Origin: Calcarisporiella thermophila CBS 279.70
Taxonomy: Eukaryota > Fungi > Calcarisporiellomycota
Length of the DNA stretch: 64,000 nucleotides
Assembly (NCBI RefSeq): GCF_041956535.1
Contig: NW_027192194.1
Location: 485,011-549,010, forward strand
Reading direction: 5' to 3'
Part shown: positions 43,043-53,936 of the stretch, piece after piece
How positions within the stretch are numbered: the first letter of the stretch is position 1
Layout of the letters: the number at the start of each line of letters is the position of its first letter
The notes under the pieces: generated by a model
The model's database searches: none
Told to the model about the DNA's origin: nothing
Seen by the model: only the letters and a program-made list of their open reading frames with translations
Made by a program: the position numbers and the translations under genes

Positions 43043-44164
43043 CTATTCTTTTAGCACGTTGGCTTTGAGCAATAATGTTCGAAGTTCCTCTTTGCTATGT
43101 AGAGCTTGTAGCTCGTCACTTCCTCCTACTGATTGCCCATTAATAAACACATTGGGGAAGGTGGAGCGCCCGGTGAGGGCGGTGAGGGCTTGCTTGATTT
43201 CATAAGTGTCATCTGTAATATAGTAAATACATGAGTCAATGCCGATATGCACAAACAATAGCAAGTCTACCTCTTTCATCAGCTTCAACTACATAGAAGG
43301 GCGTAGTGAGGGAATAGCCACGGAGAATTCCTTTGGCTCGGAGAGAGTACCTAATATCGAGAGGGAAGAAGGTGAGCCTAGCTAGAGCAAAGTTAAAGGA
43401 AGATTTAGGCATACTAACGGGCAATAGGTTTTCGAGAAGACGACCACGGGATGCGTACTAATAATCTCTTTAATTTCCTTCATCAAAGCATCTTCCTGCC
43501 CGTGATTCTGCATTTCCTCTTCGAGCTTCTCAGCTCCATCTTCGCCCAGATTGAGCAGATCTTCCTCAGACGGCTCCTCCAACATCCCTCCCAGAGGATC
43601 TTCCAGCAAATGCTCTCGCATATGCTCATCCGCATGACTTTCCATATGCTCCTCAAGATTTTCACCCTCCTCCTCCACATGATCATCTTGTGAGCTCTCC
43701 TCATCTCCATTCTCCGCCATTCTATCCTCCAGTGCTGTCTCGTCGGTAGCATCCGACAATTCGTCATCATTTGTTTTCTCCTCCCTCGAGTGTCCTTCAT
43801 TATCGTCCGTCTTCATCTCCTCCGGCAAGTCTGCTGATGACTCACCAGCATGCCAAATATAAACTTCCTCTTCCGCCTCCTCAGCAGCAATAGCAGCTGC
43901 TTGTTCACTTAGTTTTTCCGCCGCTTGGGGGCGTAGATGATGCTTTGGAAGAGAAAGGGAGTGTATACTGAAATTGATGGAATCACCAGGAGCCCCAAAT
44001 TTGATCAGAATGACGAGAGTGAGAAAGAAAATGCATATTGAGAGAAAAAGTAAGCGGAAACGCCGGGTTCGAACAAGAGATTGCGGATTTAGAAGGGATT
44101 TACGGCGCGGTCTTTTCGGTAATTCATGGTATTGGGGAAGAAGGGGTGCTGATTTTATAGCCAT
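43043..44164 (-). CDS. Type II membrane monothiol glutaredoxin (Grx6/Grx7-like, CPYS), 3 exons
   Basis: N-terminal TM (LLFLSICIFFLTLVILI), long acidic stalk, VVVFSKTYCP|YSLRAK, TGRSTFPNVFING, GGSDEL. Confidence 0.9.
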
Positions 44165-44396
44165 TAAATTAATGTATGAATGTAAGGTATCAACATAAAG
44201 AAATGGTAATGGAGGTAATCTGTAATCTTAGCTTAGGAAAGAAACGGGAGAATTTTATGGAATAAGTGGCTTGCGGGCGGACTGCGAAAGAGAATGAAAT
44301 ATTGTGTGACTGCTGCATAGCTTTGCGGCTAGATCTCAGCATTATAATATAATTTTCGCGAGAATTTTTCTTTTCGCGTTTAACACCTACATCGGC
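44165..44396. promoter_or_regulatory. Compact bidirectional promoter, glutaredoxin/CENP-I
   Basis: Divergent ATGs about 230 bp apart; two TTTTCGCG (SCB/E2F-like) at 44353-44360 and 44371-44378. Confidence 0.6.
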
Positions 44397-47300
44397 ATGC
44401 CCACCACTAGTACAAGACATTATTCATCAGCAAGGACCTATTCTGACATTTCTTCGGGCGGCAGCGTTTTTGAAACAGACAATGAAATAGATAGACATCT
44501 GCAGTTCATTGCTGAAAGCATGTATTAATATATTCCCAATTTTAATTGACTGCAATCTCAAAGATCATTTATCTTGTCAATGTCAGATTCCACCCTTCGT
44601 GGAGGAAAAGCGGCTATTACTGCACGAATAGCACTATTACAAGAGCAAGTTCAATGGCATGGGGTGGATGAAGAGCAGGTGTATGGTATACTAGACATTA
44701 TTCTCTCTGGGAAGCTCGGTTGGTGTGCCTGTCAAGATTGAGCTAGAGCAGGATAAATTGACCAATTTTCTTTGTTTTCCTTGTCTGATAGATGAGCCGA
44801 GTGCAAAAAAACTCACCAAGCTTCTGCTTCCGCGTTATCAGGTTTCTTCCGACTGTGCCGTCCGCATTATTGGGGCAATAAAAAGTGGTGCAAATCTTAA
44901 TGTGCTGGTATGTATATCAGATGTTTTCACTCAATGTCTAAGGATATGTATGTGACTGAAGTAATTTCATCTTGCCTTCAGGCAATATTATTACGTTGGC
45001 TTATCCTTGTTTATGACTACTTGGACACGCGCGGATACATACAGAATCTCTATGGCGTTCTTTTTCATTATCTTGAATATGAGACGCTTAGGTAGGATAT
45101 TACCCTGAATTTTCGTACCAAACATAAAATTGAAACTTTGTGAAAAAAATTTGCTAGGCCGAATCTATGTCACTTGCTGTACTTCCTCACCAAGCGAGAA
45201 CATGTAAAACCATTTCGCATTCGAAAATTGTCAGTGATTTCTGCCTATTTCAACACCCTCCACTATATATCTTAATTCTTTTACCAATCTTTCTAGACTG
45301 GATCTCCAAAATCGTGTGGGTCAAGAGCCACACCTAGTAGGCTTACTCTCAGTATACAAGGATTATGCGCCCAATCTCGTAATGACGGCGATCCCTCCAG
45401 TGCGCTCTGTTATCTTTAAAGTAAACAACTTTGGCTCCCTCTTCAAAGTAGATTACTAACGTCTATGCTCTCCTCTTTAGTGTCCAGACATCAATTGGCA
45501 ACAGAACATCATAAAAGTTCAGGCCAGATGGAACTCATCTTTACCGACCGACAAAACTTTCTCTCGACAACCAATTGAAAAGCGCTCAGTGACGAAGAGA
45601 AGGAAGCTAGATCGTGTAGAACTTCCACCTATCCGGACAACGACTTACTCGATGGTACCTATTAGTTTGTCTATTTCTAACCTATCTCAGCTTAGCACTC
45701 ATGTCTGATCCCTTCTTGACGATGTCTAGAAATCAGTGGGCATTGAAGAGATTTCAAGCTTCAAGGATTTGGTCAAAAATATCGACAAGTTAGAACTACC
45801 CAACCAGCTAGCTGCCGTCTTAGATAATCGACTATTGCAACATCTCGTCATCTGTAATCCTGAGAGTAAGCTGCACAACGCTTTTTCAGCTCAAAGCTTC
45901 CAATTTATTTGCCTGCCATGCTAATTTGAATTTGAACAAGGATCCACTGTGGCACGTATTAGCAACTGGTTAGGTCAGTGTCTAATGGACATCTGCTTCT
46001 GGAATGACAGCACAGTTGCGAATCGTAAACGGCTTAATGACCTCCTGGAGAAAGTCATACAATTGACTGATTTCACCAAAGTAAGTGTGATGGCGATGCA
46101 CTTTTCCTCGTCAGAACAAGAATTGATATGATAACTTGTTAATTAGGAGCTTCTTCCAATCTTTGAAGCATTTTTGTCCTCCTATATTTCCAGCTGGAAT
46201 GGCCTGGACTATCAAGATAAGATATTCAGGCTATTAGCTCACTTACGACCGATGTCCAGCGAAGGTTGGTGGGCATCCCAGCAAGACTGCTGAAGGAAAC
46301 ACCCCTTTGTAACTTCTTTATTTACTCTTAATATTCAATAGACATGCACAATCGTTTCCTGGATCCCCTATGTAAATTATTCTGCGTCTCTGCCGTCGAT
46401 TGGAAGGTAACTGAAGTTTTTCCCAGATATATAACCCGTCCTGGGTCTTGACCCCTCTGACTCCCACTCCGTATTCAGGCAAAACTCATTCTTTGTTATG
46501 CAAACATCCTGCAACGTTGGACTCGACGTGAGCTGCAAGTGTCTGCCGACCCCAACGACTCTTATATCTCGGAGCAGACCTCGGTAGGTCTCTTCAATCG
46601 ACTTTCCCAAAATGTTGACCTTAACGAGGCGGTTCGTGGTCTGATTCGGCACGTACATAAGATGTGCGTTTTTGCACTCGAGGTAATGGGCGTGTGACAC
46701 TATAGATAAGGTTCACTTTAGTAATCTAATCCATTAAACTCCTCCTCCCCCCCCCCCCTCTCCCAATCTAACTCTTAGATCGAACATGACGACATTAGAA
46801 TGCAGCATAGCGTCCTCACATTTTATGAACACCTCAGCACCACCGTCGAGCGAGACTTCCCGATGCTTGAGCTGCCTACCGCCTCGATCATCTCGCGGTG
46901 CTTCTTCTCCACCTCGGGTATGGCTGTGTCGCGGATTTGTGGAATCCTTGAGCGGTACAAAACAATGTTTGAACAGTCCGAAAATAGCAAACACCAGGAT
47001 ATCTTCATAAAACGTGTACGTGCCTCCTATCTCCCCCAGGATGTGACCCGCTTCAATGGGTACATAACCGACATTTGCAATGCACTCTGGATGAGTGTTG
47101 CTTTTAAGACTCCAGAGGCGTTCCAGATGACAGAGTAAGTAAGCGCCTCGAGGAAGCTCCATCCGTCCACATGGACTTAATCTCCATTTCTACCTTTCCT
47201 TTGCCAATGTTTCCTACAGGGGGCTGATCCGGGAGCTGCGACGGATGTGTGAAAATCGAGGAGAAAATATGTCGCAAATATTTTCCTTGACCTATTCGCC

Positions 47301-47668
47301 AGCCTTCATCTCATTATCCCAGCGATTTGTCCGCCATCTTGAGGATATGCACACCCTCCCAATACCCGAGGAGGAACGATGCCATGCCCCCATGTCCGAA
47401 GAGACAGCTCAAGTATGTAAACGGGCTTTGTAACTTTTGCTGAACTTCCATATCAAAACTAAACCTCTTTTTTTTTTCCTCTCTCGATTCTCCCGTATAG
47501 TCCTCTAGTCTTCCTATTAAGTACACTGAATACAGGGAAACATACCTGGACCACCTGGATGATATTGGGTTCACCGGTCTACGCCGCTTCCTATACTGTA
47601 CCATGGACAAATTGATCAAGAAAGAAAGGCAGCGACTAAGAGAAATGGCTTTGGCCGGAGAAGATTAA
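44397..47668 (+). CDS. CENPI: Kinetochore protein CENP-I/Mis6/Ctf3, many exons
   Basis: LLRWLILVYD...LYGVLFHYL...CHLLYFLTKREHVKPFRIRKLLDLQ...EPHLVGLLSVYK; LELPNQLAAVL; SWNG; DICNALW. Confidence 0.88.
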
Positions 47669-48198
47669 CTCGAATAAAAATGCCTCCATCATGATTATTT
47701 TTGCTGTGTTTTCCTTTATTCCTTAATGAATGTTTGCTCTTTGTTATTTGTTTTCTTATTCTCGTTATTGTGATCGCCTGTTGTAATATACGTAAATTTT
47801 TAACACTCGAGGATGCATCGATGATACATGTGGCTCATACGGCCTTATTTTCGCTGCTCTTCATAATGCGTGGAGAATGGTTGTGTGCCCTCGTATTGGG
47901 TTTTTCGTGTTAGGCAAACTGCGTGCTAAAGGTAAACGACTGGATCCAATCGATGTGGTGGCTAGGAATCTTTGGAAATCCAGAGTCAGTTTAGGGCCAC
48001 TAGATGGCAGTCACATCTTGGCTGGGAGAATGTGTGTACTTAATTTATCCCGGTGAAGCTAGATTCTGACTATCCGATTTGATTTGAGAATTCTCCGGTT
48101 CTGAAGGGGAGGCACGTTTCTTGTGCAGAATCTCTTTCCAACCTCTCTGTTGCTTGGTTCCACTGACCCAAAGTTGATAGCAGCTGCTCACCATTGTC

Positions 48199-49203
48199 AT
48201 GCCCACCCTTGCAGAAAAGATTGCCGCTGCCTCGGCGAAAAAAGATTCGGGAAATGAACACTTTAAAAAGGGCGACATCCGTGAAGGTATGTAACTCCAT
48301 GGAGGTAGAATAATTCTGTCCTGAATTTCTACCTATCCAATATACTCCATTCCCAAACTATATATCACTGGCTTTCTTTCAACTAATTGGAACATATCAT
48401 TTACACAGCTCTGCGCAGCTACCATGAGGTAAAATCTATTTATATGCTGGCATTTTCCAAGCCAAATTGAGGTGTCACACATACTCGCCTCCCTCCTCCT
48501 CTCCTCCTCACATTTCATTAACTTCCTTGTCTCGATTTAAACGGACATGATAAAAGGCTCTTCTCTGCGTCCATGGCGCCGATAAATCCAGTATCATCCC
48601 AACCGGAGTAGCAACAGATTCCAAAGGGAAAGGAGAAGTGGCCAAGTTGTTAAGCCAGATATACAACAATATTGCCGGTAAGTTATCACCGCCGACACTA
48701 TTCACGGGTCGTGGTGTTTGCTAACTATGTCGTGCACTCTTCAATGGGTAGCGTGTCATATCAAAAATGAGAATTGGCAGAGAGCGTTTGAAAGTTCGCA
48801 AAAGGTAGAGCGTCTTTTGTTCAATCTCATGGGGAGAGAGAGTTCACGGTGGCTGATCCAGTCTTTATAATCAGGCGGTAGAGAATGACTCTCGAAATAT
48901 CAAGGCTCGATTCCGTCGTGCCCAGTCGGCTCTCTCCCTCGGCAAAGTGGAGATAGCTCGGGAAGATTTGGAGGAAGTTATAAAAAACAGTCCCGACGGT
49001 AGGTGTCTACGTCCTTGAATTTTCCTTCCATTGTTGTAAGGGTTCCTCCTATGGATTCATTGACTTTTGCATCCCCTCCTCACTTAGATCCAGGAGTGAA
49101 GCGCGAGCAGAAGCGCTTGCAGGCCATCATGAAATCCGACGAAAAGAAACAGCGCCGACAATTTGCAAACCTGTTTGAGCGCATGGCGGACGAGGGGAAT
49201 TAA
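48199..49203 (+). CDS. Three-TPR protein (TTC9/FKBP-TPR-like), many small exons
   Basis: KDSGNEHFKKGDIREA|LRSYHE|ALL...IYNNIAA|CHIKNENWQRA...NIKARFRRAQS...PD|DPGVKRE...FANLF. Confidence 0.85.
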
Positions 49204-52200
49204 CACCAGGAATGAAGTGCTCTGGTGTACCTTTTTTTCCTCCGCTTGTTCCCCAGTCCCACCCCCCTCCCCTTAGCTTGAAGCGGGGGCGAGGAGTGCG
49301 TGCACTCCCTTTGATACACTCAGATGGAATAACCCACACCATCCCTCCTCTTACTTTTTTCTTTTCTTCAACTTATTTCTTCCTCATAATTTCCTTTTTA
49401 AGAGATACTAGCCAAGTGTCATTGGGGATATTTAATCCATTGTGGTGAAGTCTCTAGTATACGGCGTGTTTTGATACTATCCATATGATATACCATCCGA
49501 CCTGTGTATAATAAAAATAGCTTGCCTCCTTTTGCTTCCAGGCTTTAGGGAGGGTGAATCTGGAGGTCTTGATGGCCCTCCTTTGTAACACTCCTCCTGC
49601 CACCATGCAGGGTCAATCGAATGTTTTGATTGGAAAAAACTGTCTCTGAACGCAACAATGAGTTTTTTTTTCACAGCTTTTATTAATAGCCAAGACAAAC
49701 CATTAGACACCGTGTGAAGGGGTGACAGAAAGACGAGCTATGCTAATGAAAAACTTGGACTCTGCTGATGGAGCGCTGAACCTGTCTTTGCCCTCCAAGG
49801 CTTCAGATAGTGTTTCGAATCCCTTTTCCCATCCTCCAAGCAAGGAGAAGGGCCCTTGAAAGGAGGCTTAGCGGTTTTAGAGAGGCCAGGTTCCGATAGA
49901 AAAAGCTCTTGAGAATATTCTTGTCGAAAGGGGTTGGAGAAGTAGATTCGACCGGCCCATAGGTTAATGTTGAGAGGACAGAAAGTGCTGATCTCATCGA
50001 ATTGGCCCAAACTCACTCAGTAGGCCCGTCGAATTTTGCTGAGTCATGGGATATTGGAGAGCAAGTTCTCAAGCTGGGAGGAAGAATCACCTGCATAACA
50101 TTGACTAAGTCCGCTGCGCTTGTTATTAGCAAAGAAATTTGCTAGTTTGAAAAGAGTGATCTTCGAGCTTTGTATTCTTCCCGGAGAAACTCGGTGCAGA
50201 GGGTGGGTTAAGCCAGGAGCACTTCTTTTTCGGGGGGGGGGGGAGGGGGCGAGAAGGCCTATCAGCAAAACTTCCCCACCTACATCCATAAATTGTGCTG
50301 ACAAAACCCTCGCTGATCAGGGTCACTGGCCAATTTGCTTTGGCCGGGAATTTCTGACATTGGCAGTCATCCGGTCACGTAAGCTAACCTTCTCCGCTCG
50401 ATGTTTGACATTTCATTGTTAACTAGATCCGAAATCTCGCAAGACAGGGCGACCTCCCGAAAAGGCAAATTGAAGATAAGATAGGTAGAATGCTCCCAGT
50501 GGTATAGGGAGTCTTTCGAGAGCGAGTGGTCCATCACCATCTTATGAAAAGAAACTGTGGCAATGAGCGGGGAGCAAAGCCGAGGGGCGATGGCATCCCG
50601 AGGGCTTAATCTCCTTTTATTACCTCCCCGCGGCATTTCGGCGGTTGTATCAGACAGACGAGGAGTAAATTGGAAATTCTTATGTCCCTTCCAGGATGGG
50701 CTTTGGTTAGAGGGGCGGAAAAACTAAATAGAATCACTCGGAGATAGAGGGGAGAGGGTAGGAAAGATAACGATGCAGCACAGAAGGGCAAAATGGGGAA
50801 TTTACAAATAAGGCTTGCTGTCCTGCCTAAAATGACGATCAAAATAATTAATGTAACGAGTATCCACTGAGCTTCAAAGCCAGCTTGCCCGCGCTGTTCC
50901 GACCCCCCCCCCCCACTCGAAATATCAAGAGCACCCCTAGAGAAAGGACGGCCAGGCCGACCAGCCGCAGTACGATATGAGCGCGGTAAGGGGGGTGTGA
51001 TCGCGCGAGCCCGCTCGGCAAGTTGTAAGAGGCCGTGGTGGCGGGGCATCTGGAGCCGGCTGGCCGAGCGCGGCCCACCGGCCGGGCGAAGAGATGTAAG
51101 CCCTTCGGGCCGAAGCCCGTCCTAGACATTGCTTGGAAATGAAGGCAGGTTTGGAAGCCCGTTGTCACGGAAGGATCATTCGTCATGGAATAATTCGGAT
51201 TCATATTAGCTCTGGCAGCTAATGAAGTGGTTTCGCAAGCTCATTCGCGAGGTATTCATAGCTTGCGATTGACAATATCTGGAAAGGTCCGCGAGCAACG
51301 GCGGCGGCCGCTGATTCGCCGCTTTCCACTTGTCACCGTCATTTGAGGGCGGGATCAGACCCATTTCAGGCCTTGAACGAGCGGATAAACCCAATATGCG
51401 ATCTGGGGAGGGCAAATTTCTTTCCCTTTCGAGCAGCGTTGCACTAGTTTGGCCCAAAGGAGTCTGTGATTCCATCTGACACCTGCCATTTCGCTAACTT
51501 TAACATGTGTAACGAAAAACTTCCCTTGGCGTGGCGAGGCGAGCAGAGGAAGGCGAGAGTTATCGGGGGCCGGCCGGCGCCTTCGGCACGCGGCCGAGGC
51601 TGAGGAGCTGGACTGGGCGGGCGGGCACGCTGGCCAGCGAGAGAGGGGGAGGAGAGGGAGGGGGGGAGCTGGTCGGCGAGGCAGAGGGAGAGAGGGAGGG
51701 AGAGCTGTCGAAGCTTGGGAAACTAATTACTGATAGATAATTAGTAACGAAAAGGGGGGATTAATTAATTAAGTCCCCTCGGCCTGAAACACGTCCTAAA
51801 GCGGGCTGGTGGTGAAACTGGCCGGGTGTGCTTGGCCAGGTTTCTTTGCATTTTGTGGTTGCTTAGCTGAAATCCAAGCCCTCGCTCGCCGAAAAGAACG
51901 GCCGGAAGCCAGTACCGAAGAAAAGGGAGAGTCAGCGTGGATGCAAGAGGAAATGGCCGAGACCAAGGAGGTGAAGTAATTTGCGCTTGGGGCGGGTCGA
52001 GCTGTGCTTTCCTAATGCTTCCGCGTTGGAACAAGCGCCTCCCAAGAAGACCCGCTCGCTCCCTTTGTGCCAGCGGCCAAGCGCGGCCCCCTTGTCGGAT
52101 AGAGCAGGAGGAAGACCGTGCAATCATGTGACTGCTGTGGGAGGACAATAAATAGAACATCCAGAAAAAACCCCTCCCGCTAGTCCTTGCATGGCTTGAG

Positions 52201-52646
52201 TTCAAGTTCTACTTGCTTGTTTCGCAGAAACTCCGGCCGGTTGGGTTAGATAATTGCGGTGCCTATTGGGCAGAGAAACGTGCTTTCAATGTCTTAAGAC
52301 CGATCGTCCTTTAGAATTTCCAACCTCGAACGCTTTGGATCCGCATTTTCATATCACTGATATAAACTCTTTCTCCACTTGTTTTTTATTCCTCGTTTTC
52401 GTTTACGCTCCCGTTGTTCGTCTTGCATTTCTGCATTTTCGCCTTTATTTAATTTCATTTCGGTCTGTTGGTGTCTTTGCTGTTCATTCCTCGGTCTTCT
52501 TGCCTCCTCTTTATTCTATTCTTCCTCGTGCCTCTCTGGTCCCCCCCCTTCCTTCCTCTCACCCCACCCCCACCGGTCAATCATTACACTCTAGTATCCA
52601 CCCCTCTTTTCCCTCGGTTGCCTCGCTCTCCTTAGCTATAATTGTG

Positions 52647-53369
52647 ATGATGTCTCAACTAAAGGTAAGCCATGTCGGCCACCCAATGCATGCCATACAC
52701 GTGACTCACTCGTCCTCCTTCTCTTCGCGACAGCACAACGTATTCCAACCAGTGGTCATTTACCATACCTCCGATAACAATCTCCATACTGCCCATTTCG
52801 TCAAGGACCGATCACAGGACCCCCAGATACGACAGTTGTGGGTTCGAATATCCTGTATGCTTAATAACAATGCTTTGTCGTGGATAGAAGGAAACACCGG
52901 TAAGTGGTATTTGCTCTGCCTGCTACCTGACGCTAGAGAGGGTGACACGCTCTGAATGCTTGTAGAGAACGAAAAGATGCAGTGCCAGACGCCCCCCTTA
53001 TCCCCTCCCCCATCCCACCCCTCTGCCTATTCCCCCTCCTCCTCATTATCGAGCTCGCCCCCCATTTCAGACTCGGAACTCTTCTCCACGCTCAAACCGC
53101 GACGTGGCAATCTTCCCCGGGACAGCACCGCCATCCTGCGCGCTTGGCTCGATGCGCATCGCTCGCACCCCTATCCTACCGAGCAGGAGAAGCGCGAGCT
53201 TGCCATGAAGGCGCGGCTGACCCTAGTGCAGATCTCCAATTGGTTCATCAACGCACGTCGGCGCTACCTGCGGCCTCAACTCGCAGAGAAGGGCGAAAAG
53301 CGTGTCCTTTTCGAAGTAGTTGGGATGGAGCAGTTTGCTGCGGGTAAAAAACCAAGAATCAGCGAGTAG
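52647..53369 (+). CDS. TALE-class (Homeobox_KN; TGIF/Cup9-like) homeodomain transcription factor; exons 52647-52899, 52966-53369
   Basis: KPRRGNLPRDSTAILRAWLDAHRSHPYPTEQEKREL...QISNWFINARRR, including the TALE PYP loop. Confidence 0.92.
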
Positions 53370-53936
53370 TAGCTGGGCAGGGCGAGCCGAAAATAACGAT
53401 TCGATACTTCATGGGACACTTGCGTTTTTATCCGTATGCAATAGGCTAATTGTAGATAGTGATCAGCTCTTTAATCTAAATACTTGTGACTCCATCTTTT
53501 CCTGTTGTATTAATGCTGGATGATCCTCATTATGGAATCTTCCCCTCCCCCTCCCCCATTTTTTATTTGTATATTATGTTATTTATTCGATGTCTTTTCA
53601 TCTTTCATTAGGAAAGTTGCGTGCTTGGCCTTCAAAACCCCTTCCAATTGGACACCTCATCCATTCATATGTTGATATATATTGTTATTTATACGCCTCA
53701 CTCTCATTTCATTCCATTCTTTTTCATCTCATCCCCCCCCCCCTCACATACTCCCCTCCCATTGTCTAAATAAAGCTTCTCGATATGAATCCACCCCCCA
53801 CCCCTCCGTTGGTTAGACGTTCTGTTTGGCATAAAAAGAGCAGACTTTATCTCTCTCAAAAAGAACAAATAACTCAATGGAGACGGCATTAAAGAAATAG
53901 CTTGAAATAAATCCAAAAATAAGGGCACAGCCTCCA

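Noticed and set aside
43043-44164. Possible selenoprotein (Sec occurs in some early-diverging fungi)
   Set aside because: Active site is TGC-encoded CPYS; I noticed no in-frame TGA in the conserved genes I reconstructed.
49700-51500. About eight TGACA/TGTCA TALE-binding motifs suggesting autoregulation
   Set aside because: A 5-mer on two strands is expected several times by chance over this upstream region; no clear enrichment.
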